NCBI GenBank assembly: GCA_023515725.1
Contig: JALDTO010000155.1
Location: 717,147 to 781,146, forward strand
Direction of reading: 5' to 3'
DNA from: Amoeboaphelidium protococcarum X5
Lineage: Eukaryota; Fungi; Aphelidiomycota
DNA length: 64,000 bases
Shown here: piece after piece, positions 41,187-53,977 of the stretch
Layout of the letters: each line of letters begins with the position of its first letter
Position numbering within the stretch: position 1 is the stretch's first letter
Notes under the pieces: model-generated
The model's database searches: none
Told to the model about the DNA's origin: nothing
What the model saw: only the letters and a program-made list of their open reading frames with translations
Program-made: the position numbers and the translations under genes

Positions 41187-42836
41187 ACTTATAATGGTTT
41201 CAATGATGTAGTTTATAGAGATGATAGAAAGAAGGATAAGTAGTCACAGATTGGTTTATAACGCCATGGTAATTGAATCATCATGTCAATGAGTCAATTT
41301 TGGGCCGAGCTCTCGTTCGTGCACTTCAAAGTTTTTTTGAAAATTTTCTGTAGTAGATCACAAGATGATGGTTCGCTTGTTTCACAAGTATTTTGATATG
41401 ATTTGTAGCGTTTCAGTATATATGGTGTCCATTGAAACTGGTCTTCAATCGAGGTATTCTCTCTGAACACGTGTCTTTCCTTTAACTAGTAACTCACCTT
41501 GTTTGATTATTACTCTGCTAAATATGAAGGTTAAAGTCTCATTGATTGATGACTTGTCGCGTCACTTTAATGTCACTGGTATTATACTGATTCTACATCT
41601 GTAGCACTATTTGTCTTATTATGTATCCAAGTCAAAAAACGTGCGCTATCCATACCTGCAAAGTCAAGATTCTAGACTAGAGCGTTTCATGATGACATTT
41701 GCGATTGCAGTCCGTGTGTGCCGAGTTAATCAGAAACTCGGATATCAATGACGCATCATGACGTGGTCTGATACGATAGTGTTAGTGATTGAATCAGTCC
41801 TGTTAAAATGATGCAAGTTGACGCCTTACTTCTCTTCTTGATAAGAAATTGCAGAAATTGTGATATTTTTGAATAATAGAAAGTTGCATTTACTGTCCGA
41901 CTTGGGTTCGCCTCTAATGAAACTGTTGCAGTCTTGGCGCTGGTCATTCATATATTGTCACTCTAATGGAGCTTGCATTGTTCATGGAGTTGTTTTAAAG
42001 AAGAAGCTTTTGGTTGCGGTTGACTTGGCGGAGTAGATTATTTGCTTGCAATGTGTGATGTCTGGGTGCATATCTTGCTGAAATACTATCGCGCTGTAAT
42101 TGAATGTTTAGTCTCTATATCAAGAAGTATTACGTTTGAGAGTCATTATTGTTGCATCATACTGTGATTTTCTTTGCGTCTGATTAAATTGGGTAAATGG
42201 TGGACGGCTGCCGTGCTTAGTACTGCTATGGAGGCGCTCATTGGTACTGCAGATGTTGAAAGGCTTATGCAATGAGTTTAGGCATGGTGTCAGGCTAAAC
42301 TGGTCAAGGTTAAGGTGATGGTGTCCTGTTGTAATATCAGGTTGGATTATGGGCTTTATTACGTCGTTGAGACAATTCGAAGATTGCAGTCGCTACTACG
42401 GGGATATGTGGGTACCCCGATGAAAAGATCGCCGGAGCTTTTTTTAAAGTGTACGAGTGATCGCTTAACCCACATGATCGACAGGATTGAATGCAACGCG
42501 TCATCAAACAGACCAAGTGAACCCACTGATAAAGTACAATTACCTACCTATTATTAGAACGAATATCTACCAATGCGCAAGGGAATGGTTCCAATGATTG
42601 ATAGACAACAACTTAGGCGCCGCCAGCCATTTAGAAAGTACACTGGCACTGAAGTTTTGTAGTCTTGGCTTAAGCGATCTCGCTATTTTATCAAGTCTAG
42701 GCCCCTAAAACACAAATTACGAATACACAAGACTGAATGCGCTAATGAAACCGATATACAGCTTGTAAGCTCAATAGACGTAGGCTAAAATAGTACGCAA
42801 TAATTAAGTTGATACAATATAAAGTCTTTCACGATA

Positions 42837-45800
42837 TCAACAATTGACGCGGTCCCAGTTATCAGGAGAGCAGAGGAAGTAAACGTCCATGGCGCGAACG
42901 AAACGCTCAGCATATTTTTGAGGCGAAGAAACAGTTACAGAGCTGGCAGCCTCTTCATAAAAGCTAGTGGAAGAGTACGTGCTTATCTTTTACTTGCGTT
43001 CTTACGTATTCAATCGAGCTTAAGCATCACCATCAAGAGTTGGAGTGACTTGTTGTCCTGTATTGAGCAAAGCCTTGAGTCTTTCAGATAAAGATAAACT
43101 CTAATCACCATTTTTGCGCGGCGATGATTAAGACTTAGCAGGACTGGGAAGTGCATTTTGTATCAGCTTTGCAGCAATCTTACCACCACTTTCCAACATC
43201 TTCCAAAAATTGTACTCGCAGTAGTAATCAACGATGCCCAGAACCAGACTTTAGGTGCCATCTGTATCTTGAACAATGCCTGCAATAAGTGAATAATCAA
43301 TAATGCCACTTTCTTTCAAAAATTCAATGTCATTTCGCAGTACACGTTACAAAATTACATTTGCGTGTGGGTAAATTAATAAGCCACGACAATCAGATTC
43401 TTTGGAATACATATCTTACAACCAATTACCATCCCAGAGAGTCATTGACTTTTTGGATTAATTTAAATCATTTGGACTGGTACTTAACGGCTTTTCAGCA
43501 TAAAGCTTAAATACACTCTAAAGCTCATAATCGTCAGCATCACCAACCTAATCAGATTGCTACAATTACTACTCGCGCTACCTTATTAATATCCCTTTCA
43601 AATCGTACTTTTGCAGCACCTGTTAACCTTTAAATATATTCTCCATGCTGATGAAAAATTGGCGATTCTCAAGGGTCCATACGCCATTGACGGGAGACAT
43701 CTTGGATACTTGAAACACTCCCAATGTCTTGGTGATCATTGACGGCTCTTACAGGAAATTACCCGATCCATCGAGCACATCCGCTTGCACAAATATTCGC
43801 CCAACCATATAGTCCAAATACTTGGGCAGCATCCGCAAAATCATCTTCTTTTCACCTTCAGATTCGGACTTTGCCGCCTGATCCTATGAGCCTTTGGAAG
43901 AGCTTAAGCTGTCGGGCGACCCACCGCTCCCACCAGGCAAACTCCATTTTTGTTTAACACCCACCTGCTTAAGTACGATGCTGTCATCTACGCTCTTGTA
44001 AAATTTACTTGCAGATTTGCCACCAGAAAACTAAGTGCTTAAAGATGAACTCACAGATTCCACATAGTCTGACTCTTACAGTTAAAGTAACTTTCTCAAT
44101 TTCGCGAATTATAAAGCGTAATAAACTGTCACTCTCCAACTACAAATATATGAAGACTCAGAGTGCAGTTCGTCTGATTACTTGGAGTCTGCTCTATTCT
44201 TTACAGATAGCCTTCGACTCGACTGTTCGCAATAGGATGAAGCTCTCATTCTAACCTCTACCTGAATATGTCTACCTTCAACTATACTCGCAATTACCTC
44301 GTAGTTCTCATATTAGGCTGATATTTTCTATGGATACAACGCGTCAACCAGAATTTGCTACATCATAGAACATCGAGCGTCCAAATCTGTAGAAGAAGTA
44401 CAAGCCAGGGATACAAGATCTTCAACTTCTTCCAGAATTTCCATCAACTCTTGTACTTCAAAACTTTACACCACAGACGCGAAGATTGTAAACGCGTTCG
44501 TAGGGTCGAATTAGAATTATTTTTTTAAACTCTTAACCAAACTGAGACTATTAACATCCATAGGCAACGGAATTTACAATTACTAGTACTCATCATTTAT
44601 ACTTTGTGCAAAATCTGCCACTTCACGCTGTATGCTGGAAATCTTATCGGAGAGCGATTTCTTCAGCTGCCTTAGCATAATAGTAGGAGAACTTAGAACT
44701 GCCTTTAGTGACACCACAGACTCACGAGGCTAATTAACCAGGTTACTTGCTCTATTCAAACTCTTCATAGATTAGAGATACTACTCGCACTTGAGTTATT
44801 CTCTAATTATCTGCGCTGATAAATCATTAAGGGCAGACTCCTCCTATCGAAGTTTATCAGCAAAAAGACATGCATACTTTTAAACCAGCTTAGACCGAGT
44901 GGGACAATTTTCGAGATGCTTCATCAATTACTTTAAATATGACCATACATGCGTCCAAAGTTCACTGGCAATGTCATAAGGTTATTCCAATGGACTGAGG
45001 CTTTATGTTATCGAAGCGCAATTATACGATAAAGCCCGTAAAGGAAGACGGATATCATAGAGCTACAACTTCTCTAATTACACCGATATTCTGTATCCAC
45101 TCAGTTCGAAGCATTGTACGATATCAGATTAATGCTGAGGACATCCACCACGTAAAAATAGCGTCTTCAATTAAGATTTCAACTCTTCCACTTCCTGCTA
45201 TCCATATTTGGAAAGTTTATCCAATAATTAGAATGACTACACAGTACTTTGTTAATTCTGCTCAGAGACAACCATCTTGTTGAGAGGCGGAGTGCAAAAC
45301 ATCTATTGTTGAGGTATGAATGTGCCATCATATATCAGCAACTCTAAATACTTTCGCAAAGATATTTAAATAGCTCCTAGACATTACTTGGAAGTTTATG
45401 TCTCGCACTGCTAACACTAAGTCCATGTTACAATCTAGTCGGTGGATTAGTCAGAGCTTTTATTGACACCAATCCTCTGTAGCTTGATATTCACACAGAG
45501 ATCATTGTGAGCATACGAAATGACGTGCATAAATTGAGAGTATTCGCAAGACTTGCATCCTTATTGTGCATTATCGACAAGATCCCGGATATAATCTGTC
45601 AATTTACCATCTCCATCACGAAGCGTTTAGTGTTCAGAGCAACATGGCACAGAGACATCTTCATCTAGATACTAGACAGACTTGATACAAAGCGTATTCA
45701 GGTAATCTACCGCAGAGATATCCGAGCCAGTAGACAATTTATTGCTATTACAAACCAGAGAATCCCAAATGACGCGTTCATCTGCATTCATAACATATTT

Positions 45801-46295
45801 CCGACCGTCATCCATAGCTTGATCCTCCTTGATCTTGATGCGGGATAGAGCGTTAGGAGCCTAATACTAAACAAACGGACTATAACTAGCGACAGAATCT
45901 AACAATACACTTTAAACTCTATCTATCACAGAATCTCTTAACTACTTTGATGTCACACTGTCCAACTCAAAGCCACTACCGCGAAGACATTCCAATATAG
46001 GGACAAAGATGGGCTTTAATTTTGTCATTAGGAGAGAGTGCAAATACTCAATATCATTTTCCTTCTTTTTAGCTTATAACACTTTTGTAATTAGCCTCAC
46101 AATTAGAGCATCATCAAGCAGAGAATATCCCAGCGATTTTTTAGTTTAATGCTCCACCTGCAACTCCTCGTATGCGCGTTACAATGACGAATTGTTAAGC
46201 AACAGATACTCCATAGGATTACTGGGAAATAGCTTCAAGTTTAACGCTTACAAATGGAACACCCCATATATCCCAATATCATTAATAATTTCCAT
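42837..46295 (-). CDS. Fab1/PIKfyve-like PI3P 5-kinase lacking FYVE; 5' end uncertain
   Basis: Cys/His CCR region (CKSC...HVISYAH, TWTQCQQC, ISLRKYLELL) and PIPK domain SGGKSASKFYKSVDDSIVLKQV, YDLKG, DYSLIAG, LGIVDY and SPQKYAERFVRAMDVYF. First in-frame ATG is at 46295. Confidence 0.8.
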
Positions 46296-46917
46296 TTATA
46301 TCGCGCGTTTTATCTCGAATGCTGTCCAGCAATTTGTGACTAGGAGTGAAGCTGCAAAATAGTGAATATACTTCTGATGCCAATCCTTGTGAATATCGTC
46401 AATTCAGCCCCTGTTAGATTTCAACACTGACCATTGTTTGAACCAAACACTCCAGATTTAATTATCCAAATCTACCTAGATATTAACTGATTTTTTAAAT
46501 GTATTTACCAAGTAGATCTATATAAATAGATTCAAATTCCAACTATGCTAATTACGCGTTGTAATAATGCACATTTAATTTCATGAGTCTTTGAATGAGA
46601 TTGAGTTCCGTATATCAAAGAACACAACCAAGAAGACGCGTGAGATCATACAGGTGAATGTGAACTGTGTCCATCTATACGCGTTACTCTTTCCTTGAAT
46701 ACAAAATGCAAATGTCTCAATTATACTGTGCAGTATCGCTTAATCATTAAGCTCGATTTTGAAACAGACGGTGACAGTGTTTACTCACTCAACTTTAAGT
46801 TTTCCTCTTTTTGATCGATCTCACTTTTGTTGCTTGAGTTAGTGTGTGTGAGTGTGTGTGTAGTCTTTAAGACACTCTGACTCAATATAATTATTTATAT
46901 TTTATAAAACTTGCAGG

Positions 46918-48678
46918 ATGAGGAGTAAACAGTTATTGTATTGCATTATAATTTTGATGATGGGAGTGATGATGATGCTAGATGCTGCAGCTGTAGTGGC
47001 AGGATAAAGTAAAGACCGTCAGCATATTGTGATTATAGATGCTGGCAGTTCTGGCAGTCGAGTGTATGTATATGATGCCAAGTCGTTCCAAGTGCTGTAC
47101 AATGACAAAGTTACTCCTGGATTGAGTACAATAATAAATTTCAATACAACGTTTCTGCATTCAAAAGTTCATGATTTGTCTAATATGAATGCAATGGCCG
47201 CCGTAGAACCGGAAATTGTTCAATTTTAAAATGTTGTAACTACATATTGGACTAAATTGCTCAGTAAAGTGATTGCAAAGTATAAAGACGATTTTGCTTT
47301 TTATATCTATGCTACTGCTGGTATGAGAATAATTGATAGTAAAGATGCGCACCTCATATTTAATGTAACTGCTGCGGTCCTGCGAGATTTGATGCCGTCC
47401 CCTCATACGATTGAAGATGGAAATTTGAAAATCATCTCTGGACAAGAAGAGGGACTGTATGGCTGGATATCTCTCAATTATCTCACACATACTCTATACC
47501 AAGATTATACAGTTGGATTTCTGGATATGGGAGGTGCCTCTGCCCAAATTGCCTTTCAGCCATCGCCAGATCAGGTTCTTTTACACGGCAATGATTGCGT
47601 TAATATAAGTGTCGTGGATTTTACACACTCAAGTAAGTAAGCGATATTCAATCACACTATATACACCACTTCTTTCTTGGGATTTGGTGCTAATTAAGCA
47701 CGCAAGAACTATGTTGAATAGGTACTCCAAGATCAAACCGTAGATCCATGCCTTCCTTAGGGATTCAAGACTGATGTTGCGACTTCCACTGCACATAAAA
47801 GCGTCAAAGGCGATGGTGATTACGATAAATGCCGGGAGAGTTTAGTTCCGCTTTTGCATAAAGAGGCCAAGTGTGACGATATTCCATGCATTTTCAATGG
47901 CGTCCACTCCCCCGAGATTCCCTTTGATGAGATGCCGTTCTATGGTGTTTCCGAGTATTACTACGTATCTCATGATTATGGTCTAGATGGTGTGTACAAT
48001 AGTTAGAAATTCGATGAAGCTGCTAAAAAGTCTTGTGCAAATTACAGTAAGAATGATAAAAGTACAGAGTTGTCCTGCTTCAAGTCTTCCTGGGTCAGTG
48101 TGATGCTTCACGATGGATTCGGATATAAGAGCACTTTTTAAGATTTCAAATCGGTGCTAGAAATTAACGATACCGATGTGAGCTGGACTCTTGGTGCGGT
48201 TATTTACTTATCTAGTAAAACTTTTATCAGCGGTATGAAATTGGCTGGTATTGATGGACAGAATAAGGGGAAATCTGGTAATAATAAGGCGGCCATACTC
48301 ACATTCCTTCTCATGACTGGTTTAATCCTGACTGTAGCATTCGGTTATAGAAGATGGCGGAGAGGTGGCAATTCCAGGAATGGTGGATCCAGAGGGAATA
48401 ATGGTGTAGTTGACTGGATGAATAGACGGCGGTATGTGCCATTAGATCTTGAAAGCTCTGGATTGGACTCGTCTGCTGCAGTTGGAGTGGACGCAATTCC
48501 TTTAAACAGTACCAAGAGCAGAAGTTCAGCACCACCTGTATTCTTTAATCAATCAATGTCCTCATCATCAGTTAACGCAAGGACTGGAAGTCCTCTTCTA
48601 CTGGCAGCATTAAATGGTTCAGCTGGTGAGGCGCGACTGAAAAGGGACAGCAAGATCATTCTTGACAAGATCAAATGA
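46918..48678 (+). CDS. YND1: Golgi apyrase, GDA1/CD39 family (Ynd1-like)
   Basis: Apyrase regions IIDAGSSGSRVYVY, ATAGMR, SGQEEGLYGWISLNY, DMGGASAQ and VSWTLGA, with an N-terminal signal and a C-terminal TM plus cytosolic tail. Confidence 0.88.
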
Positions 48679-48740
48679 TCATCAAGTCAATATATCACAT
48701 CATCATACTTTATTGAGTTCATTCAGACATACTAGCGGCA

Positions 48741-49466
48741 TCATTACTCTGTTGCAATCTTTGTTATTTCATAATCATTCAAAAGATCCGTGTCGGAATA
48801 TATTCGCAGCAAGTTATTCACATGCGCGATAGATTAGAATACAATAAGAGCAGATTTACCCTTTTTAGACATGACAATATGCTCCACAGGACCACCATAT
48901 TTCGTACATAGAGACTCAAGGTCATTTTACGACGGCTTGATCTTTTTTATATCCCACTTGAATCTCAGAGTCCTCTACTCTGAAGAATCATTAAAGTCCA
49001 CAGATTATTTGTCGGCATTTGATGCTTACTATTATGTAACATTAGAGGACAATCGCGCGTTCAATATCTCATTCTCCATTCGTTCACGCCATGACACGTT
49101 CTACTGCTTTAGTCTATCAAGTTCACGTCGCAGTGCTTCTTGAGCGGTCACTTCAGCTGTATTGAACGCGGCAGATTCGCGATCATCCAAATCTTCTTTC
49201 ATCCGCCTACGCTTGGCATCCATCAATCGTGTCCTCTATGCTCGAGCCTTATTCAGTTCATACAGCCTGTCAAATGCTTGCCGTGCACTTTCATCCATAA
49301 GAATCTGGTAAGCCTTATTAATCTGCTAGAACATCTCCACCGCTCCTTCATCTCGATTCTTGTCAGGATGGTACTTTAATGACAGCAATCTATAACTCTT
49401 TTTAATTTCAGCATCAGTGACTTAAGCCTTTAATCCCAGCACCGCATAATAATCAATAAAATCCAT
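48741..49466 (-). CDS. CWC23: J-domain splicing factor Cwc23/DNAJC17
   Basis: DYYAVLG...[23 protein letters not shown] coiled coil and RRM-like LRFKW...[10 protein letters not shown]. Confidence 0.85.
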
Positions 49467-49763
49467 TTTAAATTACAGGTGCACTTGCTTGATCAATGAA
49501 TGAAGAAACGAAAAACGACGCGAACAGGCAGTTTCAGCGTGAACGCGCAGATGAAGTTTGACGCGTTTGATGATCAGCGAGATTTACCGCGTTGACACAA
49601 GAACTAGTTTCAAGTCCAGATTGACTGGATTGATGATTTACTCTATATACGGGAGGCATCAACCTGCATAAAAGGAGATGAAAATGTTCATTACTTCTCA
49701 TCCTCATTCAATCCATTTCTATTATCGCTGATAATAATACCAAATACTAATCTAATCCTGAAA

Positions 49764-50372
49764 ATGAAAGTTTTACTACTGGGAACGTTGTTGTTCGTGC
49801 TGTCTATCACTGCTCAAGATGGTCCAACTTACACTGATGTTACTGATGGTGGCTACATTGGTATCGATCCTATCTACGGCGAGTACGATGATGGCAAGAA
49901 GGTTGACAAGAAGAAGGACTACGAGAAGGATTATGGCAAGAAGGATTATGAAAAAGATTATGGTATGAAAGATTACGAGAAGAAGGATTACGAGGAGAAG
50001 GACTACGGAAAGAAGGACTATGAGAAGAAGGACTATGAGAAGAAGGACGATTATGAAAAGAAGGACGATTATGAAATCAATGGTCGTAGCGGATTCCCCT
50101 ATCCTCCATTCATTGGGCGGTTCACTCCGGCTGCGTGCCCGAATCTGAAGAGATGTAGAAATCCGCAAATTCGTAACCTGACTCCATTTGGCAGACCATC
50201 CTTTGTACAATCTGGCCCATCTGGTTTGATTTGCATCTATGGTTCCAATGCGAGTGCTTGCCAGTTTGATGCTAGCTCCCAGTTCTGCGCGTTCTTGACT
50301 CTGAACAAGTATTTTGGTCCTGATAGAGTTGTGACTGGACCTACTGGACAGGCTATCATTCTAGGCTGTTGA
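49764..50372 (+). CDS. Secreted protein with KKDYE/KDYG repeats and a 6-Cys C-terminal domain (family copy 1)
   Basis: Signal peptide MKVLLLGTLLFVLSITA, about 11 repeats, then CPNLKRC...LICIYG...ACQF...QFCAF...LGC. Confidence 0.85.
   Translation: MKVLLLGTLLFVLSITAQDGPTYTDVTDGGYIGIDPIYGEYDDGKKVDKKKDYEKDYGKKDYEKDYGMKDYEKKDYEEKDYGKKDYEKKDYEKKDDYEKKDDYEINGRSGFPYPPFIGRFTPAACPNLKRCRNPQIRNLTPFGRPSFVQSGPSGLICIYGSNASACQFDASSQFCAFLTLNKYFGPDRVVTGPTGQAIILGC
49909..50075 (+). repeat. Coding tandem repeat of 12-18 nt units (aagaaggaytatgar-like)
   Basis: Encodes KKDYE KDYG KKDYE KDYG MKDYE KKDYEE KDYG KKDYE KKDYE KKDDYE KKDDYE. Confidence 0.9.
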
Positions 50373-50649
50373 TTGATTTGTGCTTTCTGAGCTGATTGTG
50401 AACTTTTGAATATCTGAATATGAATGAATGAATGTATGAAATGAAGAAATACAATTGAATCAATTTTGATCTACAATTTACTCTTTGATGCGTCAATCTT
50501 CCATTAGATATCTCTTTGCTATAGCAGTACTTCTTACATTTTAGGGATTGCCATTGCATCAAAGCCCTTTGACCGTATCAAAACATGTTGAAGATATAAC
50601 GCGTTATTCATTCAAACTTGGTGGGCTCAAACCTGATTTTTTTGTTGTA

Positions 50650-51843
50650 CAATGTCTGTCGAGACAAGGTGTCGAGCAATTGAAATATAGGCAAAGACAC
50701 CTTGAAATATAAGTTTTAGTATCACGAGTGAAATAACGACAAATACCAAGCAAACGCCATATTTAGCCTCATTATATGTGCGAAGTAGATTTATTAACTC
50801 CCACGATAAAAATAGTAGATTAGATCTCTGTTACTTTGTATAGTCTTGACGACACATCTCAAGTAAAACAATGAAACTTTTGGGGAAATTATAACCCGTC
50901 AAGCAAGGGTCGTTGTCCAGGTTGATACTGCTTGCAATGAACGTATAACTCTGTGACACTATAAATAGAGCCAGCTGGTGGTCAAAAGCCGGACCGTGGT
51001 ATTCTATGGCTGGGACTTGCTGTTTCTCTCGCTGCAGTACATGGTTGTATAACTGAAATAATACCGCCGGAATATCTATCTATCCTTGGATGTCCGCAAT
51101 ACTGTAAGCAGCTTTTGTGACTTTCCGCTCAAGAACTGACTCAGAGCGCTTGTTTGCTCATAATTATTTCTAAAAATGCAAACTGTTTGAAAAAATGTAA
51201 TATTTGCATCCAATTATCCGCATGCTAACTCCTCAGCTGTTTTTGGTCCAAATGATATATATTACGTCATTCCTTTTGGTATGGAGAATAACTTGAGATC
51301 TTATACAGCTAGAAAGGTTGGTGGTGGATTTTGAGAAATCACTGTAGTCTTATGGCTAAGTGGCTGGCATTTATGGATTAAAAGATTATCCAAAATTATG
51401 GTCGACTTTGGCTGGGTTGAATCGAAATTGAGGAGACTTACAATATATCCGGTAAGGGTATTAACTGTTACATGTCAATGGGTCAGAATTTGTGTCGTTT
51501 GAAAGATATATAAATGTAATTGCCGCTGGAGCTGGAGTAACTGATGTGTTGAATGGGACACAGTAAGCTCCGACTGTATCGCGTAACTTTAGGCATTATG
51601 CAACTTGTTTGGGATGGAGCTAGTAGGTTATGCGTAATGGAATTGGTATCGCTAAGCAGTTACTCAACTTAATATGCTGATTGAGAACTCCTGTGCTCCC
51701 TTGTTAGCAAGATAGATCACCTAGTTGATGTAGCCAAATGAACGCATGGAGCACTTAAAGTTATTTAGTAACTCCGTCGCGAGAAAGACGTTTTTTTAGC
51801 TGACAAGTATGATCAGTGGAATTGGCGTGTCAAGCTTGCATGA
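50650..51843 (+). pseudogene. Tyrosine recombinase relic
   Basis: VVDFEKSLQSYG (catalytic Lys region, about 51321-51356), TVSRNFRHYAT (HxxRH-type box, AGG at 51591) and, after a frameshift, LVSKIDHLVDVAK*TH (H...Y box, about 51703-51750). Several TGA codons and frameshifts. Confidence 0.5.
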
Positions 51844-51884
51844 AGCTCCCCGAGACGCAATCGATGCATTGAGATGCATTCGGA

Positions 51885-53977
51885 ATGTATGCGACTATTG
51901 ACATTGACTCTGCTGAGATGTAATACAGTGCGAAAGGCGGCAGTTTGTTTACTCCATATACAATTAGGATAATGAAGAGCACTCCGGAAGCCAAACAGAG
52001 GATAGCAAAGCTGGAAGATTTATACAAGCCATTTGTTATTGGCAGTGGATGGAAGTTTATCTGCTCAGTACTATCTCACTGAACAGATCTTGGCGTCACG
52101 CGTATATCATGAGTTTAAATATCGCTTAGAAGGCAATGAAGTAAATGATATAGATTTGAATTTTTTGGGTTTGGATTAGACTTTAATTGATAGGCTATTC
52201 AGACCGTTTAAGGGTGCAAATCAAGGCCATGAATTGTGGGAGCAGGGAAATCCGAGTAATATTCACCAGCTTAATTCTGTAAAAGAGAGTTCTTTGATTA
52301 CAAGGCGAATATTCGGTGTGGATCTGGGATATCTCATCCCACGAACAGCCTGCTTACTCCAGAATTGGTTAAAGCTGTATCTGGACAATACTTTGTTGCT
52401 TTAAGAGGACGTATCAAGGCAAACTTTGATTTGGTTTTGATTCGATTCCTAAGGGCGTGTATAAATCTAGAGTCAAAGAAGTCAAAGATTTGCTTTAAAT
52501 AAAGCTTAAAAAGGCTGAGATAGCATTTTACCGGCTGCCTGAGAGAGAATGTCCCTTTAGATTCTAATGAAATTAAGCCTGCATTGTTTGGCGAGTTCTC
52601 TGAGTAGTGGAGAGCTATATTTTTTCGCGCTTGTGATGCTGCATTCCAGAAAGCTCGGAACTATTTGATCAATCATCGCCCTCAAAGTATTACTAATTTG
52701 AATATCCAACAATATTTTGTCATTATGTAATGCTTGCTACGTGATATTGATGATATTTCAGAGTTGATTGGCGTGTATAAGACTGTCTGCTTGGTCCCTG
52801 CTTTCAAAGTAGGATGTCAGAATATGCTCATTAATCAGTCCTATTTTTCACACTGTGGTGATCAACATCTGGCACAACAAGACTGGGCTAATCAACTGTT
52901 TGACTTTGAACGTTGCAGAATTCCTGCTACCAAGTCTTTCTACACTGATATGTTCTCGGTGTCTTTCATCTGTAGACGTGATGCGGATGGTCAAGTTGAT
53001 GATGACGATCAGATGTTTGTCTAAGCTGCCGCCGACGAAAGCCACTTTGACGAGGCTTAAGTAGAAGAAGGCGAATTGGAAGATGAGGAGGAGCAACTGG
53101 AGAGATTGATTCGCCTGCCTTGGACTATTCCCTATCGGATTGAAGCCAGAGTACGGCAGTTGAGTCGTGCAAATTTTACAGATGACATTCCTCAAGACCG
53201 CGAAGGACTAACTTTTATTGGATTTGATGGTAACGTTAGATGCGGTGGCAGTGTAGTAAAGATGCGTTTAACCGGTGAGGATCCTTTGGTGTAGCTTGAT
53301 AGAATGAGACTTGGCATCAATGACTTGGGACTAGACGTTTATGCTGAGTTAGATGAATGGGAAGCTCTAGATGGATTTCACATCACTAATATGGGATAAA
53401 GAACCCCGGTTAGGAAGACTGAAGTTGCGGTGACTCTGTCATAAGGCCGGTCTCGCAAAACTGTGGATCTTGAAAGGTATATCCGGTACGCTAAGGAATA
53501 CCATTGTAAGAGAGGAGATGGTATCGTATACTCGCTAATGGACAATCGACGCGAGGAACGCTATAATGCTTGGTTTTATCGCCGTTCACTTTTGCTGAAA
53601 GCTTTTAAAAAACTGCTAGGGACCAATAGTCTGATGTACGAGGACAGGTAGAAGTTTGTCGTGATTTTTGGAGAGGCTGGAAAGTCAGGCTTTTACAATT
53701 TTGGACGGAAGCGGCGTGCTCCTGTTGCTGAGTTTAGACGCATATTAAACAATTATTCAGTCGTTAAATTAACGCGCGAGAATTGGTCAAGTTAGAGGTG
53801 CTGCCAATGTCCTGATTTGTCAATTGAAGTGAGAATTTGGCTGATGGCTTAGACGCATTTCATTGTCATTATGGCCACCAAGCTGATGGAGATTTAAATG
53901 CTGCAGCGAATATCCTCTATATTGGACTCTACATGATGAATAACGGACTCTTCCCAAAGATCTTTGTCAATCTTTGA
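51885..53977 (+). pseudogene. Fanzor1 (TnpB-derived RNA-guided RuvC nuclease), frameshifted
   Basis: RuvC-I FIGFDGN (D at 53226), FVVIFGEAG...RRAPVAEFRRIL, RuvC-II KLTRENWSS(TAG=Q)RCCQC (E at 53778), then after a frameshift HCHYGHQADGDLNAAANILYIG...P (D at 53891). Further frameshifts near 52050 and 52280; start approximate; about 700 aa when reconstructed. Confidence 0.85.

Noticed and set aside
49909-50075. CRISPR-like array
   Set aside because: No unique spacers; units are multiples of 3 nt with synonymous variation inside a eukaryotic coding sequence.
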